This document shows positions 1 through 8,857 of a stretch of DNA of 20,000 bases, one piece after another. The DNA is taken from assembly GCA_051599415.1 (NCBI GenBank), contig AP039695.1, positions 615,394-635,393 on the forward strand. Direction: 5' to 3'. Numbering within the stretch: the stretch's first letter is position 1; each line of letters begins with the position of its first letter. The translations under genes and the position numbers were made by a program. The DNA comes from Savitreella phatthalungensis (Eukaryota). The notes below the pieces were generated by a model. That model was given only the letters and a program-made list of their open reading frames with translations, was not told the origin of the DNA and did not search any database.

Positions 1-368
1 ATTCATCAACTCGCGGCGGACCTTCATACCCATTCACACAGAGGTCGTCCTGCCTCTCGACAATTTCACGGGTTCTTGGACATGGTTCGATTGCGGCTTG
101 CACACCAGTGTCAGCATCGGTCTATACAATGGTTTTGTGGACAGTCTACACGAGCGGGCTCGCACCAGAAGGCGAATGAAGGCGGTTGGATTCTGGTCTT
201 TACAGATGGTAGCTCAGCTTGTGCTTGTCGGCATGCGCAACTTGGTGCCATCTACGTGATGCAGCTACATAGGGTCCTTGCAAAACGCTCATGCATAATT
301 GTAAGTAGAAACGGCAATGACGAGACATGATCAAAATCGCCATATTTGGTTGAAGGAGATATTTCCAT

Positions 369-1046
369 ATGTTCAGGCACGATACCACATCCTTGCACAC
401 GCCAGGACAGGGAACCGCGCTCATCATGGATATGACTTTAACATCGGAGGGAAAACCAGCATTCGCTCCAGCAAACGATGCAAGCGGTGTCCGACGAGTC
501 AAAGCGCAGTCGCAGAAAGTACCGATCCCACCTCATCGCATGACACCGCTGAAGGCTCAATGGCCGAAGATTTATCCTCCCCTGGTTGAACACCTGCTCT
601 TGCAAGTAAGGATGAATATTAAATCTCGCGCGGTTGAGTTGCGCACTTCGAAAGAGACCAGGGATTCGGGTGCGCTCCAGAAGGGCGCCGATTTTGTGCG
701 CGCATTTGCGCTAGGCTTCGATATTGACGACGCAATAGCCCTGCTTCGTCTCGACGACCTTTACATGGACTCGTTTGAGGTCAAAGATGTGAAGACCCTC
801 CAAGGGGATCACCTGTCCAGAGCAATCGGCAGAATTGCTGGTAAGGATGGCAAGACCAAGTTCGCAATCGAGAATGCGACAAGGACTCGCATTGTGCTCG
901 CTGATTCCAAGATTCATATCCTCGGCGGCTTCCAGAACATCAAAGTAGCTCGGGACGCGGTCGTCTCACTGATCTTGGGCTCACCTCCAGGCAAGGTTTA
1001 CGCTAATATGCGCAATGTATCTGCCAGAATGAAGGAACGCTTCTGA
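369..1046 (+). CDS. PNO1: Pre-rRNA-processing KH-domain protein Pno1/Dim2
   Basis: Family motifs KVPIPPHRMTPLK..WPKIYPPLVEHL, GFDIDDAIALLRLDDLY, DHLSRAIGRIAGKDGKTKFAIENATRTRIV and LGSPPGKVY..ERF end. The start could instead be the ATG at 426. Confidence 0.96.
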   Translation: MFRHDTTSLHTPGQGTALIMDMTLTSEGKPAFAPANDASGVRRVKAQSQKVPIPPHRMTPLKAQWPKIYPPLVEHLLLQVRMNIKSRAVELRTSKETRDSGALQKGADFVRAFALGFDIDDAIALLRLDDLYMDSFEVKDVKTLQGDHLSRAIGRIAGKDGKTKFAIENATRTRIVLADSKIHILGGFQNIKVARDAVVSLILGSPPGKVYANMRNVSARMKERF

Positions 1047-1255
1047 CGATGACTATAACAGGAAACGACACTGCAAGAGAGGGAGCTTGGCGCGCGGGCT
1101 CTCCTCTATACCCACAAATCACGACCATGCATATGTATAGCCAGCTTGCAAATATATGTATTTAATGAAGACACGTTTCAAAATCGAGCACCGTGACGCG
1201 TTCGCTCCACGACAGTTGCGCAGACTTTTAAATCAGCAGTTTTCACGCCAAAGCC

Positions 1256-2026
1256 ATGGTTAAGCCATTCTCCGAGAGAGTCAGGCCCAGCACGCTCGTT
1301 CTCTTTGATGTCGACGGCACGCTGACACCTGCCCGTCGGGAAGCATCCCCAGAAGTGATCGAGTTGCTCGCGCAGCTGCGCGATCGCGTCGTCATCGGCT
1401 TTGTCGGCGGCTCTGACCTTGCTAAGCAACAAGAGCAGATTGGCCAGCCAGCCGGAAAGCCTGTGATTGAGTTGTTCGACTTTGCTTTTGCGGAAAATGG
1501 TCTCACAGCCTACAAGAACGCCGAACAACTTGCATCGGCATCGTTCATCGGCTGGATCGGTGAGGACAAGTACAAGGAGCTGGTCAAGTTCGTCCTCCAC
1601 TACGTCGCCGATCTCAATATTCCAAAGAAGCGCGGCACCTTCATCGAATTTCGCAATGGCATGGTTAACATCTCGCCAATTGGCCGTAACGCGTCCAACG
1701 CTGAGCGTGACGAGTTCGAGCAATATGATAAGCAGCACAATATTCGTTCGACGATGGTCAAGGCGCTCAAGCAAGCATTTCCGAACCTCGGCGTGACCTA
1801 CTCCATCGGCGGTCAAATCTCATTCGACGTCTTTCCAACGGGCTGGGACAAGACATATTGTCTGCAGCACGTGGAGAAAGAGGGCTTCAACGAAATCCAC
1901 TTCTTTGGCGACAAGGCGTACGAGGGTGGTAACGATTGGGAGATCTATAACGACCCGCGCACGATCGGACATAAGGTTACAAAGCCCGAGGATACGATGA
2001 AGATTCTCAAGGAGCTGTTTTTTTGA
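1256..2026 (+). CDS. SEC53: Phosphomannomutase (HAD superfamily, PMM)
   Basis: FDVDGTLT (DxDGT), [54 protein letters not shown] and FFGDK..GGND motifs; 256 aa; no intron. Confidence 0.97.
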   Translation: MVKPFSERVRPSTLVLFDVDGTLTPARREASPEVIELLAQLRDRVVIGFVGGSDLAKQQEQIGQPAGKPVIELFDFAFAENGLTAYKNAEQLASASFIGWIGEDKYKELVKFVLHYVADLNIPKKRGTFIEFRNGMVNISPIGRNASNAERDEFEQYDKQHNIRSTMVKALKQAFPNLGVTYSIGGQISFDVFPTGWDKTYCLQHVEKEGFNEIHFFGDKAYEGGNDWEIYNDPRTIGHKVTKPEDTMKILKELFF

Positions 2027-2064
2027 GTCTTTTCCTATTAAATATACATTGAATACAGATCGGT

Positions 2065-5000
2065 TTACTCTCGTCCGTTCTGGACTCGTGCGGCACGCTC
2101 GAGCTTATGCCGTTCCGCACGATCGGCGGCGGCAGCGTTGGCGATCGAGCGCAAGCGTATGCTGGCAATCACAGCTGCGGCCACTGCGCGTAGGCGCAGA
2201 GGCGAGTTGCCATGCCTAGGGCTTGCCGTGCTTCGTGCGCCGCCTGCCGTGATGCCGATTTGCCTGACGATGAGTAGATTTGCCTGATTACACGCCTCGA
2301 AAGACGAGATTTGCCGGTCGTAGAAGCTCTTGATGAACGTCAGATCCTGTGCACGCGCCGCTTGCTTTTCGCGCGCATTTTGCACGAAGCGGAGCATGCG
2401 GGTGAGGCCTGCCGTGTGAGCCCTGTGCCGCTCCTCTGATACCCTTACGCTGGTCTGTAGGCCGTCAATCTTGGACTGCAATTCGCGTTCGGTCAGCTCG
2501 TAGTCTTCTTGTAGCACTGCGTGACGATTGATGGCGTCATCTAGATCGCGATTGAGTTCGGCGCGTTCGCGCTGTAGGGCGCCGAGCTCGCGCAATTGGT
2601 CATCGAAACGCTTTGGCAGGTCAGCGGAAGGCGCACGGCTAAGTGCATCTTCGAGAGTAGCGATCTGCAAGCGCATCGCTTCCCTCTCCTGATCGACCTG
2701 AGTCTGAGCGTGGCGCTCGGTCGCGATGGCGGATTCGAGCTCGCGCAAATCGCTTTCGAGACGCTCGCAACGTCCCGCAGCCTCCATCCGGGCTTGTTCG
2801 GCATGACGCATCTCCGTTTGTCGATCTTGTTGCTCGCGAAGTAGTCTCTCGGCAATCTCTTTCAGCTCCCGTGTCAATGATTCAACTGATTCTGCTGAGT
2901 TTCGTCGAGCATCTTCTAAACCGGATGTTGCTTCGTCAAGTTGTAGTTCCAGGAGATCTCGCTCTGCAGCTAGCTCGCTTGCTTCTGTTTGTGCCCCGAC
3001 AAGATCCTCCTTGACGGCCATCAGCTCGGCTCGTAGTTTGACCCGCTCCGACTCAGCCAGCGAGTCATCTGCGCTGGTAGGACGTTGCTCGAGCGCATTC
3101 TCCAGCTCGGTCTCCAAGCGTTGACGCTCCTCTGAAGCCTCTTCGATCCGTCTTGTCACTGCCATCACTCTGGCATCGGCAGATTCGAGTGCTAGGCTGA
3201 GCCGTGCGCATTCGTTCTCCGCACTGGCCACCTTATCATGCAACGCGCCCAGCTCACCTTCAGACTTGGCTAGGCGAGCTTTGAGGTCAGCGCATTCGCC
3301 CATGGCTGTCGCGTGATCCATCTGCACCTTGGCGAGAGCTGTCTCGGACTCGCGCAAGCTGTCCTGCAGCGCCACGCGCTGAGCAGTGGACGTCTCGACT
3401 GTTGTGGCCGCCTCGAAGATTTCCAACTTCAACCGTTGACATTCGCGCTCAAGATCGTCGCGTATTTGTTCCAGCCTTCGATGCTGCATCATGAGCTGAT
3501 CATGCGCCTCTGCAGCCTCGTGCACCTCGCAACGAGCTGCATCCCGTGCGCGTTCGAGATCGACTACCTGATCTTGCAACGCTTTCTCACGCGAATCGAA
3601 TCGCACGCGCTCCATCTGCAACGCGTCTTTCCAGCGAGCTTGGTCGAGATTCAGTGTTTCCTCTTGCTCGCCGAGGCGGCGGATCGTCGCCTCTAGACTT
3701 TGCATCTGCTCTCTCGAGACGCCCAAATCACGTTCGAGCTTGATTCGTACTTGCCTAGCTTCGTCGAGCTTCCTTTCGTGAGCGGCTGACTGAGCTGCGA
3801 GCTGCAGCTCGATTTCAGTGTACTGTCGCGTCGCCGCAGCCACAGTCTCTGTGCGCTCTTGTTCCGCAGCCTTAAGCTCAGCTTTGTGCGCGGTCGATGC
3901 TTCTGCGTGCACCGCCCGGAGCGAGAGCAAACTTGTCTCAAGCGCCGCAGCTTTCTCGTCCTTCTGGCGCAGACTTGAATTCACAGTGGCCAACTCAGTC
4001 TGTAAGGCAACCAGCTGAAGGTCCCTCTCCTTCACGTCAGCCTCGATTCGTACGATGTCTGCGAGCCGCAGGCGTTCTCGTTCGCCCTCTGTCACGCTTT
4101 CGGCTTGTCCCTTTGCCAACTCCTCGCGAGTGCTACTTAGTTCTTTGCTCGCATGGGCAAGGTGCTCGTGTGCAATCTCAACTTCACGCTGCAAGGCTTC
4201 AACTTCCGCGTCGCGCTCTTCATCGCGTATCATGGCGGCTTCGAGATCAGCTTCGAGGTCGTCGACCTTCTGTGCCAGGTCAGCGACTTCGCTTGCCAGA
4301 TCGTGCTTCTCGGCATTGAGTTGATTGAGACGCGCTGCTTGCTCATCTTCGGGCGAAGCCCTGTCACGTAGCTGCTGTAGTTCGAACGATCTATCCGCCA
4401 GTTGGCCCTGAAGGTGGCTTGCCTCGTCCCTCTGCTCCGCGAGCTGTCGCTCCAAAGACTCACGGAGCTCGGCTAGCTGCGTCCGTTCGGCATTTGTCCG
4501 CTCTAGCTGCATCTCGAGCATTGTCGTCTTGACGGAGAGTTCCTCGTGCTCGGCCTCGAGGACATCGTTGCGTTCTTCGAGTGAGTTCGAGCGCCGTTCG
4601 ATAGTCTGTGCCCGGTTCTGGAGTGAGATGAGTTCCGCGTGTCGCTCTTCCAATTGTTCACGGAGCACTTGGACGAGCTCGTCATCATCGGCTGAACGAG
4701 TTTGCGATATCAACTCATCGTGCTTCGTCGCTAGTATTTCGTGCTCAAGCTTCAGATCCTCGAGTTCGTCCCTTACTTGGCCGAGCTCCTCTGTCATACG
4801 CTCATGGTCCTCCTCGAGCTCCCTCGTCGCCGCAACTGCATCGTTGAACCGCTGAGTCATGATATCAAGGTCGCCTTCGAGCTCCGCATGGGCGTCGGCT
4901 TCATCCTGTAGCCTCTTAATCTCTGCCAACGCATCGTCGCGCTCGCTTGCCAATGCATCCATTTTGGCGCGTTCTGCATCGGACATGCCATGCTCGAGCT

Positions 5001-5634
5001 GACATTCGGGCTGGATGATGCTCTGACTAACCTGTTCTGCCATGAGAGCGACCTTGCCCTCAGTATCGGCAAGTAGCTTTTTGTACTTCTGGATCTCCAA
5101 CGATAAAGCAGCTAGCTCGACCTTGTTCGCAATATTCTCCTTCAGGGCAATCTGGACATGCTCTGGGGATGATTGATAGATCTGTTTTTCCATCAAGAAC
5201 ACCTTGAGCTTGAGCTCCCAATTCTCCTTTTTCAGCTTGTCCATGTGCTTTTCCTGCTCGCGAATCCCCGCGTCGCCGACGGCAGAGCTGACAGACGCAT
5301 CAGCATGACCATCGTCAGGCTGATCGGTGCGCAAAGACAAGGCAAGTTGATTTTGGGGATGGTTGGAATGTTGTCTGAACGATACTGGCGTCAGCCCACT
5401 GTTTTCGTATGTCATATCGATTTGGCGGTTTCGTTTGACGGCGCTCTTGAGCAAAGGTGTGAACTCCCCCGCCTGTTGCCGGTTGAGATCCGCATGTCGT
5501 GGTTGTAGCGGCTTGCGCTCTGCTGCTTTGGTTGGGGGCTCGATGAAGGACTCGACATCACCGAATGACATGGAGACTTCCTGGATACGGCGTTGCGTTT
5601 CGCCTCTTGCAGGCGTTGCAATCGTGCCCAGCAT
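2065..5634 (-). CDS. pcp1: Spindle pole body gamma-tubulin receptor, Pcp1/Spc110/pericentrin-like coiled-coil protein
   Basis: N-terminal SPM-like EFTPLLKS; centrosomin CM1 motif IREQEKHMDKLKKENWELKLKVFLME; about 900 aa of coiled coil; C-terminal PACT-like DLTFIKSFYDRQISSFEACNQANL...RLRAVAAAVIASIRLR. Confidence 0.88.
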   Translation of the reverse strand: MLGTIATPARGETQRRIQEVSMSFGDVESFIEPPTKAAERKPLQPRHADLNRQQAGEFTPLLKSAVKRNRQIDMTYENSGLTPVSFRQHSNHPQNQLALSLRTDQPDDGHADASVSSAVGDAGIREQEKHMDKLKKENWELKLKVFLMEKQIYQSSPEHVQIALKENIANKVELAALSLEIQKYKKLLADTEGKVALMAEQVSQSIIQPECQLEHGMSDAERAKMDALASERDDALAEIKRLQDEADAHAELEGDLDIMTQRFNDAVAATRELEEDHERMTEELGQVRDELEDLKLEHEILATKHDELISQTRSADDDELVQVLREQLEERHAELISLQNRAQTIERRSNSLEERNDVLEAEHEELSVKTTMLEMQLERTNAERTQLAELRESLERQLAEQRDEASHLQGQLADRSFELQQLRDRASPEDEQAARLNQLNAEKHDLASEVADLAQKVDDLEADLEAAMIRDEERDAEVEALQREVEIAHEHLAHASKELSSTREELAKGQAESVTEGERERLRLADIVRIEADVKERDLQLVALQTELATVNSSLRQKDEKAAALETSLLSLRAVHAEASTAHKAELKAAEQERTETVAAATRQYTEIELQLAAQSAAHERKLDEARQVRIKLERDLGVSREQMQSLEATIRRLGEQEETLNLDQARWKDALQMERVRFDSREKALQDQVVDLERARDAARCEVHEAAEAHDQLMMQHRRLEQIRDDLERECQRLKLEIFEAATTVETSTAQRVALQDSLRESETALAKVQMDHATAMGECADLKARLAKSEGELGALHDKVASAENECARLSLALESADARVMAVTRRIEEASEERQRLETELENALEQRPTSADDSLAESERVKLRAELMAVKEDLVGAQTEASELAAERDLLELQLDEATSGLEDARRNSAESVESLTRELKEIAERLLREQQDRQTEMRHAEQARMEAAGRCERLESDLRELESAIATERHAQTQVDQEREAMRLQIATLEDALSRAPSADLPKRFDDQLRELGALQRERAELNRDLDDAINRHAVLQEDYELTERELQSKIDGLQTSVRVSEERHRAHTAGLTRMLRFVQNAREKQAARAQDLTFIKSFYDRQISSFEACNQANLLIVRQIGITAGGARSTASPRHGNSPLRLRAVAAAVIASIRLRSIANAAAADRAERHKLERAARVQNGRE

Positions 5635-5791
5635 GACGGGCTTGCCCAGGCCTCGTCGCTACTTGTGCCGCTGCTACTCCAATCAATGATCTTGCAGAGA
5701 GCGTGCTGCCGTCGTGGTCTTGGATTTATGATGAGAGCGGAGCGCGCGCACGCGAGAGACTGTACATAGCTGGGAGATTTTTGTGCAAAAA

Positions 5792-5801
5792 TGTAAACAA
5801 A
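5792..5801. promoter_or_regulatory. Candidate forkhead-binding site upstream of pcp1
   Basis: TGTAAACAAA about 160 bp upstream of the pcp1 ATG, near a CGCG cluster at 5743-5754. Confidence 0.35.
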
Positions 5802-6151
5802 CACGATCGATTTCGTACTCAATTGCGACTTTCGAATCGAGCTCAATCGATCGGGCATATGATGTTTGACTGAATCTAATTCGGGTCCGCACAATTTCGT
5901 GCACGTGCGCGTATTAGACCGATGCATACAGATACTCCAATCGAGTATCTTGCATATCAATTTCGAATCTGTTGCTAATTCGGAGTACTACGGCCCTTGC
6001 GTCTGTATGATATGCAGCTTTTGAGTCAAGCGGCGAGCCGTTTCTGGTCACATTGTTTCTACAGCCACTCTATCAATCCAGGAAGCGCATGCAGCGGACG
6101 TACATGACGAGCCCACAGCCTCATGATGCAACGATGTAGACTTTTTCAACC

Positions 6152-7009
6152 CTACGACTCTTCGTCAACCTTGCTGATCGTCCCTGTGGCATTAGCCATA
6201 CCTATTTCTCCAATGAACTCCATCGATCGTATCCGTGTCTCGTCTTCCTCGCCTGCGTTGCCCTCCACAAACACGATCAGACTATTGACGCGCTGAAATT
6301 TGACATAACGGAGTTGCACCGTGGCCTTTCCTCCATCATCGTACTCGATACTGTGGATCTCTTGTATGGCTGGCAAGGAGTCAACTTCATCAAAGCTGAT
6401 GATCGCGGGCCGATTCAAATAGAACCTCAATTTTGTCGGGGCATTGCTCAGATGCTCAGACTCCACTCTGATGGTGATAGAATGGATCTTGACAAGTTCC
6501 TGGAAAGGCACGAATAGCATCAATTGTTCATCCGCGTCTGATATCACGCCCGGGCCATCCTTACTGATCATCGATCGTAGCGTCGACGGGTCGGCTGCAT
6601 TCAGAATCTCGAGCTGCTTGATATCGATTCTGTCATTCAAAGACACCATGCCTCTTGGTAGCTGCTCTACAGATGCGGAAGCTTGCGCAACGTATTTCTT
6701 CACAGCACTCTCGAGTCGATGAGGGTCGGCGCCCTTGATCTGCTCGACCTGCTTACCGGCAACAAAAAACGTGAATGTCGGCATCGCAGAGATATTCAAT
6801 GCCTGAGCGACGGGTCTTTGCTGGTCGACATCAACTTGTGCGAAGCTGACCTGCTCGTTCGTAGTGGCTGCCGCCATGGCCTGGAACTTTGGCTTAATAG
6901 CTTTACACGGCCCACACCACGTTGCGTAGGCATCGAGGATGAGAACCTGTTTCGAGGTCCTCAGCTCGTTGAAGTGACTGAGCGATGCCACCTCGATGAC
7001 AGCTACCAT
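6152..7009 (-). CDS. txl1: Thioredoxin-like protein 1 (thioredoxin + PITH domain, TXNL1 type)
   Basis: WCGPC active site and AMPTF, followed by PITH-domain motifs SDADEQLMLFVPFQ, APTKLRFYLN and LRYVKFQRVNSLIVFVEGN. Confidence 0.93.
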   Translation of the reverse strand: MVAVIEVASLSHFNELRTSKQVLILDAYATWCGPCKAIKPKFQAMAAATTNEQVSFAQVDVDQQRPVAQALNISAMPTFTFFVAGKQVEQIKGADPHRLESAVKKYVAQASASVEQLPRGMVSLNDRIDIKQLEILNAADPSTLRSMISKDGPGVISDADEQLMLFVPFQELVKIHSITIRVESEHLSNAPTKLRFYLNRPAIISFDEVDSLPAIQEIHSIEYDDGGKATVQLRYVKFQRVNSLIVFVEGNAGEEDETRIRSMEFIGEIGMANATGTISKVDEES

Positions 7010-7198
7010 GATTGCGAACGATTCTTCCTAAATGTCAGTATGCTATGCGATGACCGCATATTTGTACTGTGACAATTCTGGATCACACATCTACATGCAT
7101 ACGTACACCTGATCTGCACCCCAAAATGTCTGATCTATTGATCGAACTGCTGGCTATTTTTGAATGTTTTCGAAGGCGAGCATAATAGATCTTGAAGC

Positions 7199-7792
7199 AT
7201 GTCGCTCGAGGAGGCAAGACTGCTTGTCGATGCATTGGAAACGGCTCTGCGGGAACATCAGCAGGAGGATGTATGTGCGACTCTTGCTCAGTTACGCGTG
7301 CTGAATGTCCAGTTGACCCGAGCCGTCAAAGCGGCAAAGAGCGAGACTTATGTAGTTCGAGACGAGAACGACCGGCTAAGGCTCGGTCTAGAAGCGCTCC
7401 GATATGAACAGCAGCAATTGCGCTTGAAGATCGATGAATGCAGCTCTGAGGTTCATGATTACGAGAAGGTGCCCTTGGCATCCGAAAGCGATTTTCTCGC
7501 CAGGAACCCAGACAGACAAACTTCTGACCCGAAAACAATGATGCTCGCGCGACTGGATGAGGAGCTCTCAGAGCGGCGCCGGATCGAGCTTGACCGCAAA
7601 CGCCTGCTCGCCGAGAAGTCAAAGCTTGTTCAAGATAATAGGACGCTCGAACACGAGCTTGAAGCATTGGACGGTCTATTCATCAAACAAATCATCAGCG
7701 TAAGCTCCATCTCGAGACTTCTTCTTCTTGTTCTTTTTACTGACCAACGCCAGGCAACGGAAGGCTACGGACGTGCCCTGTCAAAGCGCTAG
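7199..7792 (+). CDS. THOC5: THO complex subunit 5 (FmiP_Thoc5 family); probably spliced as 7199-7699 + 7754-7792 (179 aa)
   Basis: RLRLGLEALRYEQQQLRLKIDEC..HDYEKVPLASESDF..MMLARLDEELSERRRIE follows the fungal Thoc5 pattern as I recall it. Intron signals at 7700-7753. Confidence 0.8.
   Translation: MSLEEARLLVDALETALREHQQEDVCATLAQLRVLNVQLTRAVKAAKSETYVVRDENDRLRLGLEALRYEQQQLRLKIDECSSEVHDYEKVPLASESDFLARNPDRQTSDPKTMMLARLDEELSERRRIELDRKRLLAEKSKLVQDNRTLEHELEALDGLFIKQIISVSSISRLLLLVLFTDQRQATEGYGRALSKR
7700..7753 (+). other. Spliceosomal intron (54 nt, phase 0) in THOC5
   Basis: GTAAGC donor at 7700, pyrimidine tract CTTCTTCTTCTTGTTCTTTT, branch site TACTGAC at 7738-7744 and CAG acceptor at 7751-7753. 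Confidence 0.82.
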
Positions 7793-8788
7793 GGCAAATT
7801 CCGCCAGCAGCGAGACTGGCAGATGATCAGACACGAGCACATCTTCGTGAGATTCGTACTTGACCGGCAATACCGTCAGCCCCTCGCGACTGCACCAAAG
7901 TATCCGGTCGGTATAAGCCGGCACGCGACTCTTCGGCGAGGTATCGTAAAATCGGCCGCGTCCCAAGCCCGGCGGATCGAATTTGTAAGTTGGTCTAAAG
8001 GAAATCGGTGCCTCGCAGAAGCCGCTCAGCACACGGCCTGCCATGTGCTCCGTCCGCAGCTGATCGTGATCCAGCAGCGCTTTCCACTGCTTCTCCCGAA
8101 TTCTGTGCATCACTTCAGCGAGCGGCAGGTCGATGCGGTAGTTGAGGTCTCCGGCAATGATAATATGATCGGCATCCTCGATACCTGTGGGCTCTTGCCC
8201 AGTGGGCGGTCTACCATGTATCATCCTCGCCCTGGCCAAGTTCACTGATCCCTTGGCCGTCACAAGGACATCTTCGTCGTTGAGAATTGGAAACACTAGA
8301 TCCCTCGCAAGCGCATGCAAGTCTGCATTCCGCCGGTCGACCTGATCATCGGCAGCTGCATCGTGGGCATTCACAATGCAGAAGATCGTGCCAGCAACGT
8401 CAAAACGGACCGCTACTCCGCCCTTGTTACCAAGCCCCGCGTAGCCACGGGCTACGACGGCAGACTGTACAAAGGTTACTTCCTCATATATCCCCGCTGT
8501 CACGTAGAGGACGAGATAGAGTCCGACTAGAGCTTCACTGTGTAGCTCCCGGTAGTTGTCAGGAAGTGAGCGTCTCAAAGATGACTTCAATCTTTCACAA
8601 TGTGCGGTCCGAGAGCCGTGCGAGAGCAGGTCTCGCGCAACGTGCCTGAGATCGAGCTTGATTGATTCCTGGAAAGCGAAGGCGATGACGTCCGCATCTC
8701 GAGCTTGAGCGAGTATGCTTGCGAAGTCATGGGGTGGTACCTGTCCATTAATGTTGAGCGTGCAGAGGTGGACGAAGACAGACCGCAT
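7781..8788 (-). CDS. Inositol polyphosphate/phosphoinositide 5-phosphatase (stand-alone IPPc/EEP domain)
   Basis: FQE, GNKGGVAVRF, GDLNYRI, HDQL, EAPISFRPTYKFD, RVPAYTDRILW and SDHLPV signature motifs. Confidence 0.92.
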   Translation of the reverse strand: MRSVFVHLCTLNINGQVPPHDFASILAQARDADVIAFAFQESIKLDLRHVARDLLSHGSRTAHCERLKSSLRRSLPDNYRELHSEALVGLYLVLYVTAGIYEEVTFVQSAVVARGYAGLGNKGGVAVRFDVAGTIFCIVNAHDAAADDQVDRRNADLHALARDLVFPILNDEDVLVTAKGSVNLARARMIHGRPPTGQEPTGIEDADHIIIAGDLNYRIDLPLAEVMHRIREKQWKALLDHDQLRTEHMAGRVLSGFCEAPISFRPTYKFDPPGLGRGRFYDTSPKSRVPAYTDRILWCSREGLTVLPVKYESHEDVLVSDHLPVSLLAEFALAL

Positions 8789-8857
8789 CGGCTGGCGCGC
8801 TTCCTGCCTTCAACCTCCCTCACCTCCGCTATGAGGTCACAACCGGTACATTAATTT

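Noticed and set aside
1..330. ORF 76-330 and a possible minus-strand intron 165-97 (GTGCGA...GCTGAC...CAAG) of a gene running off the left edge
   Set aside because: Splicing from the available ATGs meets a stop, and no recognisable protein results. It cannot be resolved without upstream sequence.
1178..1816. 212-aa antisense ORF over SEC53, and similar ORFs at 13769-14476, 5412-5960 and within pcp1
   Set aside because: Shadow ORFs of GC-rich coding sequence with no motifs, several with non-ATG starts.
5728..5873. Possible C/D snoRNA (ATGATGA ... CTGA)
   Set aside because: No convincing terminal stem or recognisable rRNA guide; short boxes like these occur by chance.
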